DNA of 64,000 nucleotides from Lytechinus pictus (lineage: Eukaryota): contig NC_087250.1 of assembly GCF_037042905.1 (NCBI RefSeq), positions 23,004,001-23,068,000 of the forward strand, given 5' to 3'. Shown here in pieces: positions 1 through 14,494 of the stretch (positions are counted from its first letter, which is position 1; each line of letters begins with the position of its first letter). The translations under genes were made by a program, and so were the position numbers. The notes beneath the pieces are model-generated. The model was not told the DNA's origin and did not search any database. It was given only the letters and a program-made list of their open reading frames with translations.

Positions 1-344
1 TTTCATTAAAAATTATTTTACTCATCATTTTATAACAAGAAGCACTCTGTTGAAAAATAATCATAACCAAAAGAATCACATTTTGTAACCATTCTTTTAT
101 GTAATGACGCCAACAACAAAATTAATATTGTCTCCATTTCTTTTTGTATTTTGCAAGGAATCTTGGATGCTAAATCAGCCCTGATATTTGCAAATTAATA
201 ATCAAAACTTTCACTTTGCTCATCATTATGTTCTTTGTGAGTAACCCGAGGGTTAGTAAAAAGACATAGTTGGTTTTCTCAGAAGATAATAATGATTTCA
301 TTGTAGTCCATATATTGGACTTTTATGAAATAACAAGTAAAGGC

Positions 345-543
345 ATTAATAAGTAAGTAGGGCCTAAGTAAGTAAGTAAGTAGGTAAGTAAGAAAATAAG
401 TAAGTAAGTCAGTAAGTAAGTAATTAGTAAGTAAATAAGTCAGTCAGTAAGTAAAAAAGTAAGTAAGAAAGTTAAGTAAGTAAGAAAGTAAGTATTTCAG
501 TAAGTAAGTAATTAATTAAGTAAGTAAGTAAGTAAGTAAGTAA
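345..543. repeat. (TAAG)n microsatellite, degenerate
   Basis: Run of taag/aagt units with interruptions. Confidence 0.9.
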
Positions 544-1855
544 TATCGGTCCACATCAAAGAAGCGTTGCATGAAGAATCAAACCGATATTGGTTTATTC
601 AAGGGTGTTAGACCTCTATGCCAAATTGGTGTTAGCCTAACGCCACACTGTTGTTTTGAACAACAGCTTTCTGGTGTGGACCGGTAAAGATACACCAGGC
701 TGGTGTTAAGTTATCACCGGCGTTCGAGTATTCCACGCAGTCCTACTTCTGATAGGCATATGGCTAGTCAACAGCTGTCATTAACAGCGCTTCCCATTTG
801 ATAAATGCTTCATTTATATTATAATAAAGTATCTCGTGCCAAGACTGATTATTTAATCTTTCCAATTCTTTTTTACTGGGGATGCTGATTTGACAAGCAA
901 AAGATAAAACTAAAAATATTGTCACTACAAAATCAAAGGTCATTTGGTTACATTTCTATATTTGTTTCCACATATTCCAGAATTCCAGGAGGTGTTGCCC
1001 TGCCTTTGCACCCCCGCTCAGGGGCCGCGGAAGCGGGGGGGGGGGGGGGCAGGAGGGCTTTAGCCCCCTCCCCCCACACTTTTTTCCAAAAATGTGTACA
1101 GAAACGTAAAACTGACCATATGATTTTGATTTTTGGCTCAGCCCGGCCCCCCCCCCCACCTGCCACTTTCCAGAGCCATGTACGCTTCCACATCAATACC
1201 AGATAGTTTTCTGTAGTTTATCATTCGAGAAGCTAGCGTCTTTATGTTTGGATTTCCATAACTCATGAGTGGTCACTGATATACCGAATCACAACATATT
1301 TATATTTTAAAGCGAATATAAGTAATGATATGATGTTAAAGTGTCAGGGATGTGACCCTTGTGTAGTCGGAGTTTGTTCTAAAGAGTATAACATATCTCC
1401 ATAGTAAAAATATATATCACAACGTTTACAAACATTGAATGTAAAAATACATTTAATACAATTGCATATTCAAAAGCAATGTATAACCGAGATAAGTATA
1501 TTGTTTTGAAGAAAAAAATTGGTGAATCAATAATAGTAAATATTAAAAAAAATACTATTAATAATAATAATAATAATAATTTTGTATATAATATATATAT
1601 ATATATATACGATGAAATAACGAAGTATGTCCCTGTCACGGAAAGAAAATAATAATTGAGATGCGTTGCTACGCAACGCATCTCATCCGTATACTATATG
1701 ACATGCTTAGTATATGGCGCTAGAGCGCAATTTTTGTATGAATTTGTTGTGAATCAATATTTCACTTTCTGAAGAATTAAAGACGAAACTGGTTAAAGTG
1801 GAATATTTGAGCATTCTTTGACTATTCTTCATTTAGTTTGATTATTATATATATA

Positions 1856-2398
1856 TTTCAATTTCAATTTTTCAATTTCAATTTATTTCATTCATAAAAA
1901 CACATAAATATACATAGTAATAAACAAAATATCAATATAAGAATGTGGAGACAGCTTAGAAGAACCAAGTCTTATACAGTGCTGCCACCAAAATGTAAGC
2001 ACAAACAAACAAATATATAAATAAATATATAAATAAATTTGATTTGATTTGATTTATTGTTTTCTTCTGCATCCATAACATTCGTATTATACATTTTTCA
2101 TAACATAATAAACATAATATGCTAGCATTTTTTGCATGAATCATTAATAAAGAGTATTAAAAAGATAATTTCAGACAAAAATTATTAACTATATGATATT
2201 CACAATTGCAGGAGAAGGATTGTCATCATAAGCAGATTGCTTGAAAAAAATGACAATCCCAAACTTATACTAATAGAATTAATTAATACATTTATAAAGC
2301 AGAATGGGCATACATTTTCAAATACGAAACATGAATTCATGCAATTTTATAGTATGAAGATGAAGATGATAAAGCTAAGGGTGACGGTGATATGGTGT

Positions 2399-2429
<31 letters not shown>

Positions 2430-5400
2430 GGCCATGGAGATGATGCTGGTCATGATGAAGATATTGGTAATGACTAAATCGAAGGAGGAATAAATTCACG
2501 ATAAAAAGGATACGACACAGAAATTTTACTTCAAATATTCTGATAATAACATAGATTTAACGTTTGCCTTAAATGAGTGAAGAGACGAAGATTGTTTTAC
2601 AGGCTCTGGTAGAGAGTTCCACAAATCTGGACCATGGTGTCTTATGGATCTCTGCGCAATAAGCAATTTAGGGTTGATTAAATGGAAATTTGAAGAGTTA
2701 CGGGTAGGGTAAGAATGAATAGATGTATTCAGAGTATAAAAATTGTGGAATGAAGGTGGGAGCATGTTATTTACGTACTTAAACATAAGTAGTAAACTTT
2801 GAAGAGTATTTATAACAAATACTGTTAGAGTCTTTAGTTTATGGAATAATGGATTTGTGTGTGATAAATATTGGGAATCAGTACAGATTCGAATTGCTTT
2901 TTTCTGTAATAAGTATATTGTATTAATTTTAGTTTTTGCACATGTTGCCCAAACTATGTTGCAATATGATATATAAGGCAATATTAATGAATTGTAGAGT
3001 ATGACAAGAGTTGTATGTGGAATTATGTTTTTCATTTTGTAAAGTATACCAACGTTTCTAAAAATACTAGTAGTTATACAACGTACATGTTCATTCCAAT
3101 TTAAATTTTCATCTATTGTGACACCTAAAAACTTTGTTTCTCTTTTCCTTTTGAGAGGATTATTGTCTATATTTATATTGTAAGGAAATTCGTTATCATG
3201 TGAGTGTGTATGCTTGAAATATATAAAGTTTGTTTTATCTATATTGAGTGAAAGCTTATTACACTTAAACCACAAAGATAGTTTTGGTAATTCACGGTTA
3301 ATTATATCTACTAAAGTTTCTAAGCTATTATGTGAACAAAAAATGTTGGTGTCATCTGCAAATAATACATATGATAATAAAGGTGTTACAGAAGTCAAAT
3401 CATTGATATATATTAAAAAAAGTAAGGGGCCTAGGATTGATCCTTGTGGAACTCCGCATTGTATTAACTGAAAATCAGAAGGAATATTATTGTGAATTAC
3501 ATATTGTTTTCTATTGGACAAATAACTCTTAAACCAAGATAGTGTAATTCCGCGAATTCCAAAATTTTCAAGTTTTTAAAGTAATATCTGGTGGTCAAGA
3601 GTGTCAAAGGCTTTGCTTAAGTCCATGAATACGCCTATTATATGTTCTTTTTTTGCCATTGCATTTGTAATTTTATCGTATATTTGTATTAACGCCTGAT
3701 CAGTCGAATGTCCTTTCCTGAATCCATATTGGTTAGAATTTAGAAAATGAAAAGTATCTAGAAACTTATAAAGTCTATTGTAAATAATCTTCTCTAATAT
3801 TTTGGAAATGCTGGGAAGAATAGAAATAGGCCTGTAATTTGTTATTTCATGCGGATTGTCTTTTTTTAAAACAGGATTTACCTTTGCAATTTTTAGGGAA
3901 TCAGGACATATTCCGGTGCTAATCGACAGATTAAAAATATGACACAAAGGAGAGGCAATATAGTGTATGATCTGCTTAAGAAGGAAAGTACTAATTCTAT
4001 CAATTCCCTGTGATTTGCTTGATTTGAGATTTTTTTGTTATTTCAATTAATTCCTGAACATTTGTTGGGTTAAAGAATAAAGAAGAGTTAATGGGTGTGG
4101 GAAGAAATTTTCCAAAATTTTCATCAGTTCTGTCAAGTTTGTTTGCCAATGAGGGTCCTAAGTTAACAAAAAAGGAATTAAAGGTATCAGCTACATCTTC
4201 TGAATTTATCGCAACATCATGAGCTGTGAAATTATCTTTGGGTAATATTTTGGGTTTCTTGCCAATCAAATCATTTATAATCTCCCATGTTGCTTTCATG
4301 TTTGATTTGACTTTGTAAAGCTTCTCGGAATAAAATAATTTGCGAGAAGCTCGAATTGTATTAGTTAGTCTATTTCTATAAGTTTTGTATTTATTTTTGT
4401 TTTGAATAGAAGGGTTCTTTAAAAATGCCTTGTAAAGTTTATTACGGGTACGTATGGATCTTAAAATTGCTTTAGAAATCCATTGCATTTTTGCCTTCTT
4501 TCTTTTGACCAGTGGTATCAGAGGAAAATTTTTCTCGTAAAATGTCTGCAATTTATTGTTAAAATTTGTGTATGCAATGTTTGAATTAGACTCATGAAAT
4601 ACATCCAACCATTCTTCAATAGCAAGATCCCTTTTAAACGATTCAATGTTATTTTGAGATTCTTTTCTATACATTGTCGATTTGAGTATATTTTCTTTTG
4701 GAATATCATTATCGCAAAATGAAAAAACCGGCAAATGATCCGATATATCAGATATTAACAATCCGCTGGTAATATCTCTGTTTAATATATTTGAAAAAAT
4801 GTTGTCGATAAGTGTTGATGAATGGCTATCAATTCTAGTCGGTTTATCTATATGGGGATAATAGCCAAATGAATGCATTGTGTGTAGGAATAAATCATGT
4901 TCATTATTTTGGGATAACAGGTTGATGTTAAAATCACCCATTAAATATATTTGTTTCTCTTCTTTTCTAATAGTATGAAGGCACGTTTCAAGGTCTTCAC
5001 AAAATAAATTTACTTTATCATGAGGGGGTCTATAAATCAATCCAATAATTATATTTTTGCTTTTTGGCTTCGTGATTTCTATGAATAAAGTTTCACTCTG
5101 TTTTAATGATATTTCTTTCCTTACTTTGAATTGTAAATGTTCACTGATGTAAAATGCTACACCTCCTCCTCTTTGATCTTCCCGGTCACGCCTAATGAGA
5201 TTATAGTTTTCCAAACTGAATATGTTAGGTGAAGTATTGTGAAGCCATGTTTCCGTGACACCAATAATGGAAAATTTGAAATTGTTTAAAGTGAAAAGTA
5301 ATGATTCCAATGACTCAAAATTTTTGTTCAAACTACGAGCATTAATATGAAGCAAACTAAATTTATGTTCCATGTCTCTAAATCTAGAAGTAAAATCTTC

Positions 5401-5870
5401 GGTTGAGTAATAGTTATTATCAGATGATATATTGTTTGTATTGAAAATAGAAAAAATGTCCATGTCATTACTCAGGAGGATAATTTGATATTACCAAAAA
5501 CTTAAGATTATTGGTATGATATGTGATTTGTGTGTAAATTTTCTGTGTCATAACAGCAAGATGGTGGTAGTAATGGTGATGAGATGAAGAGAGGATGAAG
5601 TTGAAAAAAACTAATAAAGGATGAATGTGAAATCGAATTTGCTGTTGATGATTATGATGATGATGATGATGATGATGATGAAAATGATGACAATGATGAC
5701 AATGATGATGGAGGTGATGATTGGAGAATTGTAATCCTACAACCAGAACCTGATAATGAATATTCATAATCGAAATGTAATGAACACTCTCATTTCTGAG
5801 TGTCTCAGCCATGATTTGTATGCGAAGGAACCTTTTAAACACGAAGTATCAGTGGCACTGTAATAATAAA
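1856..5870 (-). mobile_element. CR1/L2-group non-LTR retrotransposon (APE endonuclease + RT), young but disabled
   Basis: ORF2 motifs in the 2526-5463 feature. 3' UTR ends (minus strand) in ggtggcagcactgtataagacttgg...gaaataaa followed by a (TTGAAA)n tail at ~1856-1885. The 5' boundary is uncertain. Confidence 0.88.
2526..5463 (-). pseudogene. LINE ORF2 (endonuclease-reverse transcriptase) with two lesions
   Basis: APE motifs HINARSL, GVTETWL, GGGVAFYI, IYRPP, GDFNINL, TLIDNIF, SDHLPVF (4000-5463). RT motifs NYRPISIL, QYGFR, DLSKAFDT (3576-3947) and GVPQGSILGPLLFLIYINDL, FADDT (2526-3521). Pieces are joined by a frameshift in a homopolymer near 4030 and an in-frame TAA at 3576-3578. Confidence 0.93.
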
Positions 5871-8594
5871 GATACAAAATAAAGGTTCGATCCTATCGAA
5901 TAAAAATATACATTTATATATATATTGATATAATTGGTCATCGACATCACGAAGTGTCTCAGAGGTCAGAGTCAATACAGAATCAAAGAATGATTTTAAT
6001 TTGTTAATTTCTAATGAGATGTCAATTGTTGAATATCTCGTAAAATTTCAGTCTTTTATTTTTCTTGATCGATCACTTGTGTTGGTATTCAAAAATAAAA
6101 AAAGTAAATTCTAAAAGCTAGAAATTAAACACAAGTTTCTCAAAATTGGTTCATGACCTCTGAAAACATAAGGATGGTTCGTGAAAAGGATGATAAATTA
6201 GCACATAATGTCATGTACAACCAAAGGGTGGTGCCATAATGGATATACTGCATGCGTGCTGGTATAATCACATAATGCATGGTTGCATAGGGCCTATACA
6301 CATAATGGCTGCATACAGGTTGATTCAGCAAAAGCTGGTGGATGTAAGAAAGGGAAAATTTCACAATGTCCAATAAATTTGCTACTATTGTCAATAAATG
6401 TCTGGACGATCAAATGATTATTATAAAAACTGCCCTGACCTGGCAACGGGTAATACATGGACAACGTGATGAGTTTATTCACCGATTAATAACAATGGAA
6501 CACCCCGTCACGTCACATGGCCACCGAGATAACAAGAAACATGTATAAATAGGTACGGTCCAGTAAACCGCCATAGGCACAGTTGATATTATCCGGGGAC
6601 AAAGCAATGAGGTGTCCCTAAACTCACTCATATAGTGAATTGCAGCAATCAGGAAGTTGATTACATAAAACATTTTTTTTTTTTTTTTTTTTCGTATTTC
6701 CCTTCCCTTTGTTTATCGATTTAGTCTAATTTTTCACTTGAGGCGCCAAAAACAAGATAAAATAAAATGTAACAATTCGAGCCTTCCAATTTAGAGTTCA
6801 CTTTTCCCGTAAAAGATTGATATCAGCTCACGGTGAATAAACTACATCCGCGTGTGCACCTTCACATTCTAGTTCTACAGCAATAATAAAAAATAAAAAA
6901 AACGAGATCCACAAAATACATCCACATGTCTTCATATTAGAGTCTCACAATATGTGATGAAATATGAAGTATACTAATGGTAGTCACTTCTTTAACAATT
7001 TCTGCAGAAATTTCGCATCTCCAATGCAGTATGAAAAAAAGAAAGATTCACATAGAGCTAGATTTAGCGTACACTTTCACAACTAGCTAAATGAATCCCA
7101 TGATATATTGAAATTGAAATTTAATTGTGGTGTTTACAAAGACAATATAATATATTCAATATTTTCCTTCTAGATAATCTAGAAATTATCGCATTTAACT
7201 GAAGCTCTATAAAGACTTACAGGTAGTTGTTTTCCCTCGAACAAAACACAACCACTGCATATTTTCATATTTTGTTGATTGAATCTAATAATGTATATTG
7301 AAACATAATTTGTATATTGAGGATAATCTTATATGTTTAATAAAAAATATCTGCAGAAAATGACAAATTTCAAATATTAGATCCACATAGAATTAGATAG
7401 ATGAAATACACACTGTATCTTCAATTCATTCAAATTGATTTGTTTACAAAATGTTTTTTCTCCATATTCTTCCATTATACTATCTATATGAATTGTGACA
7501 TTTAAAGTTTTTCTTTTCCCCAAACAACAAAACCACATAATATCAGCACATCTGGCTGAATGGATATCATAAGTGCATAGTAAGGTATGAAGATAATATT
7601 ATGTTTAGCAATCTCTGTAGAAATTGACAGGTTTTAAATAAAAGATTCACATACTAGTACAAGTCCTCACATTTTGGCGAATGCATCTCACAATATATAT
7701 TTTTTGTTTACTAATCATTGCAGAGATTTTTTTTTTAATTTGCTATAGGTGAAGGACTTATGAAGATTTGGATGTTGTTGTTTTGGTTTGTTTGGGGGAT
7801 AAATTACAACCTTTACATTATAGCTGAGTGTATGAATATTAAAATGTGTTTCGTTTACTAAACGATTTGGAAACAATGTTTATGTCAAAATATGGATTAT
7901 ATACTACCAGGCCTATAAGAATTCGATATTACAGATATTTGGTAGAGACACTAACACAAGGTTAGCTTCTTGTAAGCAATTCAAACAGCATACACCTGTG
8001 TATAAAGTCTGTAGGCCTATGACCGTGTTGGTGAGCTTTGATCCAACTAAGGCGTTTTGATTTTTACATAGGATATGAGTTACTAGAATTTGAAGAACAT
8101 TCCGGGAAAATTGTTTGTGCTTATCATTATATTATTATTTTAAGACAACTTTGCTCTAGTATTAGGTCAACAAGAATAATCGTGGGTTCTTACTCTTTAT
8201 TCTTGGTAACGCTTCCATTCTGTTGATTCTTTTGATTTGGTGTACAGGATAACTTTTGTGCCGGCAACAACTATTTTGGTTGAAAGGTATATATATATAT
8301 ATATATATAGCGCAAAAACTATTTCTATAATTCTATTGCGCTCCAAGCTTCCCACTTGCTGTACATACTACTGAGATTGATATAGGTTTTTAATTTGAAT
8401 TTGAATTTGTGTAAAGTTGTTGAATTCCTAATGTCGAGGGGAAGTTTGTACCATATAGTGTGCCTGATATAAGAAATGACCTATCTCCTATAACGTTCCT
8501 TTGTACGTCTTGTGTGGGGTATTAAATTGCAGTATGTATCTTGTGAGCTTTGAAGGTGATGGTCATGAGATCAGGGTTTTAATTTCAAGAGATC

Positions 8595-9152
8595 ATGACC
8601 CCGTCTTACGAAGAGGTACGATTGATCCGATCAATCGCAACTATGGAAAGCCAGCAAAGTCAACATATAAAATGCATGCTTGTTAAAAATAATACTAGAT
8701 ATAGATTGTATATCCATAAATTAATTGATTTCTTGACAATTTGGTGTGATCTCCTTTGTTTACAAAGGACAGTTTGCAAATTTCCTGCAGAAAAAGTTAT
8801 GACATTGATGTATTTCCATAGAGTTACGATTGATTGGATCAATTGGAACTTTTTGTAAAATGGGGCCCAGCTAGGGCCCGTCTTATGAAGAGTTGCGATT
8901 AATCTGATCAATCGCAACTAACGACGGCCAGCAACTTCAACATCTATATTGTGCATGTTTATTTAAAATATTTTGTAGCTATGATGTATATTCTCATGCA
9001 TTCTTTGTTTTCTTGAAATTTTACTGTGCTTCTCTTTGTATAAAGGACATTGTGCACATTTCCTGTAGAAAAAAATTATGGCATGATGGATTTCCATATA
9101 GTAGAGTTTTGGATTGATTGGATCAATCGTAACTCTTTGTAAGACGGGCCCC
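8595..9152. mobile_element. Two adjacent related MITEs with GGGCCC-type TIRs (Harbinger-like)
   Basis: ccgtcttacgaagag..acgattgatcc / attgattggatcaat TIR pairs at ~8597-8867 and ~8874-9151, meeting at ggggcccagctagggccc. Confidence 0.65.
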
Positions 9153-10007
9153 TGAGATATAACCTGGGGCCTGACCATTACCGGGGGGGGGGGGGGAGTC
9201 AAATATATATTTGTACACATGCGTGACCAAAAAAGGGGGCGTTTATAAAGGGGTACTTGTTTTTTCCAGTTTTGGACGCGGGCCACGCGTATAAAAACAC
9301 CACCGACTTTTTTCTTTAAAAAAGGCGGTTTTGAAAGACTGGTAAATGGTCAATCGCGGGGTCAAATTTAGGGTATGTTTTTTCCCCAAGCTTTTCCCCG
9401 GGGATTTTTCCTCCTCGTTTCTGTACATTGTATTCCGTTGTGGTATATTAACCCTAACTGCACTATAGGGGGCATGCAATACCCATGAATATAGTTTTGT
9501 ATATTTAAGCTTATTGTTAACAATCTATAAGTAGACAAAAATTGTTTAGGGGGGCACATTCTGGTGGCAACTTGTTCAGCGGCCAAAATGTGTTGATGAA
9601 GCCCGCGAAAAACTTGTTTAAGGGGTTATTTTGCACACAGAGAAAAAAAAACTCGTTTGCGGGATGTTTGGAAATAATTTATAGTCACGCATGTGTACAG
9701 CAATACATTTGAATGCGCCCCCCCCCCCCCCCGGAACCATTAAGACCTTTTTTATTCTTTGCCGGACACTGTAACCAGTGTAATTCCCCTAATAATGCAT
9801 GCATGGGGTGACTGGAGATAATTTAGAAAGACAATGATAAATACAATACAATGCAATGTAACGAAGATAAGTATTGTTTTGAAGAAAATATATGTGAATT
9901 AATACATATGAGGGTGTGTGTGTGTGCGTGTATGTGTAAATAAATTATGTAAAGCCCATATATAGAGATGGTTATCTATTAATCATATTAATCTATTTAT
10001 CTATTAA

Positions 10008-10267
10008 AGCAGGTCTTTGCGCTCATCCACTTCTGGCTTCCTTGTTATTCCAAAAGTTTCAAAAACCTAGGGGGAAAGATCATTTGCTTTTGCTTGCCCC
10101 ACTTTGTGGAATAGCCTTCCTGAAGACATAAAAAATGTACCTCTGTCGAAACTTTCAAAAATCTTCTAAAAACTTTTTTATTTAAATCTTAGCTCTTTAC
10201 GCGCCTTGAGCACTCTACAGAGTGGATTTGGCGCATTATAAGTCACATTATTATTATTATTATTATT
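10008..10267 (+). mobile_element. 3' fragment of an L2-group LINE with (ATT)n tail
   Basis: Near-identical to the reverse complement of 31597-31835. Ends cgccttgagcac...gcgcattataagtcac(att)n. Confidence 0.8.
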
Positions 10268-11100
10268 AATCTCTTGATAACTTGATATTTATCAATATTG
10301 ATATGTCGGCTATATGCGAGTTGCAAATAAGGAAATGATAATGACAAAAGTAAAGAAAATATTGAATCATCATGATTGTAATTTCCACGACCTTTCAGCA
10401 GAACGTGCAGAGATGACGATAAGGTGTGAAAGACCCTGCATTTTAGAAAAATAAATATTTCGCACAAAAATATTGTTCTAACGGAAAAGCGGCGGATGTT
10501 TGTTATTGATTTTTTTTTCTTCTGTGTGTGTGTTTACAAAAATGATGACATTGCCCTGCTATTGTCTCAAATACCCGTCCTTCAGCGTTGACAAAACGAT
10601 AGATTGAATGAGACACACACCCATAATAATTTTATTGTTGAAGTGTAATCATCGATAATTTGACGGGAAAATTCGTTGATCCAGTTTTGTCTTCCAAGAG
10701 AACAAAAGGATACGCCCCTTTCCCACGACACGCGAGTGTCGCTATAATCGAGTTGTTGATAAACTTCAGGATTGTTTAACTAATTTGTCACGATTTGCAA
10801 TGCCCATCAACCCTATTACATTGCAATTATCGTTTCTTGTTTTTAGAAATTGGATCTATTTAATTATGATTTTCTTTACCCAGCAGACCTGTGATTACTG
10901 TTTGAAAGAAATCATCATGACCATTTCTAATTTTGAAAGTACTTTTCTCCTCTGTCCGTGAAAGGGGTTTATGTTACGTAACAGAAACGTATTAAGATCT
11001 TCAATTAAAATCTATTTTTCAATCTGTCCGGCATAGAAAAAATATTAAAATATATATAGATTTGGAAAAACATGGGATTAGGTCAGGAGCCCCTGCCATG

Positions 11101-11248
11101 CACTGTAAAAAAATGAAGTGCTAATTTAGCACTTAAAGTGCTTTTATAGTGACTGCACTACGAGTGCTGATTTTCTAATTTGAATTTGAACTAGAAACTC
11201 AGCACTCGTATGTGCAGTCACTGTACAAGCACTTCATTTTTTACAGTG
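11101..11248. mobile_element. Palindromic MITE with CACTG termini
   Basis: cactgtaaaaaaatgaagtgct ... agcacttcattttttacagtg. Confidence 0.75.
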
Positions 11249-11886
11249 TGGAAGTTTTAAGAAAAACGACCACTGGACGGTGTAACTATACATTTGAATG
11301 ATCCGCGCCTTAAAATCCAAATAAACAGCAACAAATAAAGAGTATAGGTGTATGTGTCGATCTCTTGCACCATTTCAATGTGTGTGTGCGGGTGGGGGCA
11401 TCACGTTTTTTTTTCAGACGGTTCAGAAATAAAAACCGTGATTAACATCCCTGCACACCCCCACACACATTGAAATGATGCAAGAGATCGACGTTTTTTT
11501 TTTTTTTTTTTTTTTTTTTGGGGGGGGGGGGCAAAGGACATCGAAGATTTGAGGTCAGATGTTGTTTATTTGGGTTTATTTACGTCACTCTGGGACTGAC
11601 CCTTAACATCTGTCAGGAAGACGTGAGCAGCTATAGGACTCGAACCCCAGAGGTGTTGTGGCTTAGTGGATAAGTCTCCCAACTTTGAATCACAATTAGG
11701 TCCAGGGTAACCAGGCGTTATATCTACATTTGCCATGCACTCCCACCATGGCCTTGGATTCGAAGCCGTGGGATGCTAGCTGCGTGATGCATCACACCAA
11801 GCAACTCTGGAAGGTGTGACAAAATTGAGAAATGTAAAAAAAAAAAAAAAAGATATACATAATTATGATGTATAGAACCCTCCCCT

Positions 11887-13027
11887 CAGTGGCGTACCGT
11901 GGGTCACGGCATTGGGAGGGCACCATGCAGCAAAAACTTTGAGTCACTTAGTGAGCGCGCGAAGCGCGCTCAGTTGCTAGGTATACTGACCTAATAGAGA
12001 CATTTTAGGTACAGTGCATTAAACGGATATGTATGTCACTGATCAAATAATGCGAGCGCGAAGTGCGAGCTGAAAATTTTTGATATTCAGACCCAAAAAG
12101 GGATATTATAAGCAAATATTTGTAATCATGATACGTACCTGTCTCACTGAACAAACAATGCGAGCGCGAAGTGCGAGCTGAAACTTTTGTATATTTTGAC
12201 CCCAAACAGGGATATTTTAAGGACTATTTTTTAAGGAATCCATTAAGAGTATACATAGTCATCTTATGCGAGTGTCAAGCGCCTGTTGATTTTGTTTAAA
12301 TTACATCTAAACACACGAAGCACTTTTGTAGTCGTAATCATGATTGTCATACGCATCTCACTATAATCAAATATTGCGAGCGCGAATCGCGAGCTGAATA
12401 TTTAGGAAATTCAGATCTTAAGAGGGGCATTCTAAGGCTTGTTTGTAGGAATTTACTAAGACCATACGTATTTCACTGACCGAATGATGCGAGTGCGAAG
12501 CGCGAGCTGAATTTTTTTTATATTCAGATTTAACTTAGAAAAGGGGACATTTTAAGGACTGATATTAGAAATTCATGAAGAGCAGGCATATATCACCAAT
12601 CCACTAATGCGAACGTAAGCACGGACAGGAAATGTTTTATATTAAGACCTTAAAATAGGGCAATCACTTTAAGTAGTCATGAAAAGCAGCATATGTCACT
12701 ACATGAAACAATAATAACTCGAAATGCGAGGAAATATATTTGGTGTATATTGACTTGAAAACTGGAGGTTTTAGTACAGCAGGATAATATATCTCGTTAA
12801 ACAGACTATGCGACCACCAGGAACAATGAAGACATAGGCCCTGAACAAATTATGTTTCATAAAGTTGTGAAAAATGTTTTGTATGCAATATTACATAATT
12901 AATATTATAATGAATAATTTCTTTTTTCCCGCTGCGTTTCTCTTCCTTTCTCCTTTTCCCCGGTTATTTCCCTTTTTTGGTCAGCCGATTGGGAGGCACG
13001 TGCCCCCCCCCCGTAGTTACGCCACTG
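11887..13027 (+). mobile_element. Non-autonomous hAT element
   Basis: Termini cagtggcgta...tacgccactg with 8-bp TSD cctcccct (11879-11886 / 13028-13035). Internal ~110-bp subrepeats. Confidence 0.88.
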
Positions 13028-13361
13028 CCTCCCCTTTTTTTGCTTGTCAAATTTCTCGGCACCGAAATGACATAGCTTGATTTTTACTTTGATTTTGTTG
13101 GAAATGAAATTAATGAAAACCCTTTTTTTTTTTTGGAGGGGGGGGGGGGGTTAATTGTCAAACTACATCAGCACCCCCAGCATGCCCAGTCAAAAAATCG
13201 TTCCTATGGCACTGACTCCCACCCAGGTGTAGTAAATGGGTACCCTACCCGGTAGGTATAGGAATTCCTTGAATGCTCGAGCATCCGATCAGTCAGGAAA
13301 GCCGTGCTACAGCCGGCGGGGGTAATATGCAGCGCTTAGAAACATTTGTATTAAGCGCTAT

Positions 13362-14494
13362 CAGACGCGGCTCCAGGGAGGGGGGGGGGGGGGGTGGCTG
13401 ACAGTGCACTAACCCCCTGGAGGATTTAAAAAAGAGAGAGGCGAATTGACCTTAGATATAGGTGAAAACCTTTTTTCTTTTTTTTTGCGTGTTAATTTTT
13501 CCAACTGTAAAATGTGCCACTCGTTTTTAAAAATCCTGGATCTTACGTATAGCATCAGTGGCGTGACTACGGGAGGGGGGGGGGACATAGGGGGGCACGT
13601 GCCCCCCCCCCCCCATCGGCTGACCAAAAAAAAAACCGGGGAAAAGGAGAAAAAGAGGGAGAAAGGAAGAGGAAAGAAGTGGAAAAGAAGAAATTATTCA
13701 TTATAATGGTATATTATATTATAATCAAGTTATGTTATATCACATATATATTAAATAGGAAACATTTTTAACTTGATGAAAAATAATTTGCTCAGGGCCT
13801 ATATGTCTTCATTGTTCCTGGTGCTCGCATTATCTGTTTAACGAGATATATAAACCTGTAGACGAAAACCTCCCATTTTCAAGTCAATACACACCAAATA
13901 TATTATTTTTTGTGTAGTGACATATGCTTCTTTTTCATGACTACTTAAAGTGATTGACCCTTGATATAAAACATTTCATGTCCGTGATTACGTTCGCATC
14001 AGTGGATTGGTGAGATATGTCTGCTCTCCAAACAAGCTTTAAAATGCCACTCTTCAGGTCTGAATTTCCTAAATTTTCAGCTCGCGCTTCGCGCTCGCAA
14101 TATTTGATTAGTGAGATGCGTATGTTATTCATGATTATAATGACTACAAGTGCTTCATAATGTGTTTAAATGTAATTCCAACAAAATCATCAAGCGCTTG
14201 GCACTCGCATTAGATGACTATGGTGAGATGACTATGGTGATATATACTAGTACATGATTAAGGGATTCCTAAAATATTATTTGATTACTGAGATGCGTAT
14301 GTTATTCATGATTACAATGACTACAAGTGCTTCCTTAAAATGTCTCTTTTAGGTCAGTATACCTGACAACTGAGCGCGCTTTGCGCGCTCACTTAGTGAC
14401 TCTAAATTTTTGCTGGTGCCCCCAATGCCGTGACCCACGGTACGCCACTGTATAGCATCCCGTAAAATTTCAACTCCAGCTGGGTCCGCGCCTG
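13362..14494. mobile_element. Non-autonomous CAG-terminal element with 5-bp TSD (hAT5-like), hosting a nested hAT
   Basis: cagacgcggctccag...ctgggtccgcgcctg with TSD gctat (13357-13361 / 14495-14499). Confidence 0.7.
13556..14450 (-). mobile_element. Non-autonomous hAT element, same family as 11887-13027, inverted
   Basis: cagtggcgtg...tacgccactg with 8-bp TSD tatagcat on both sides. Internal sequence is reverse-complement homologous to 11887-13027. Confidence 0.88.

Noticed and set aside
5468..5842. His-rich protein gene
   Set aside because: The His run is a translated (CAT)n microsatellite adjoining the LINE, with no independent support.
6140..6673. Possible LINE ORF1 or separate gene
   Set aside because: The two ORFs share a frame but are separated by two TGA stops, and no recognisable domain is present.
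6950..7810. Degenerate ~300-bp repeats (ctgcagaaa..agattcacata)
   Set aside because: Too diverged to delimit by eye. Probably an old repeat with no further signal.
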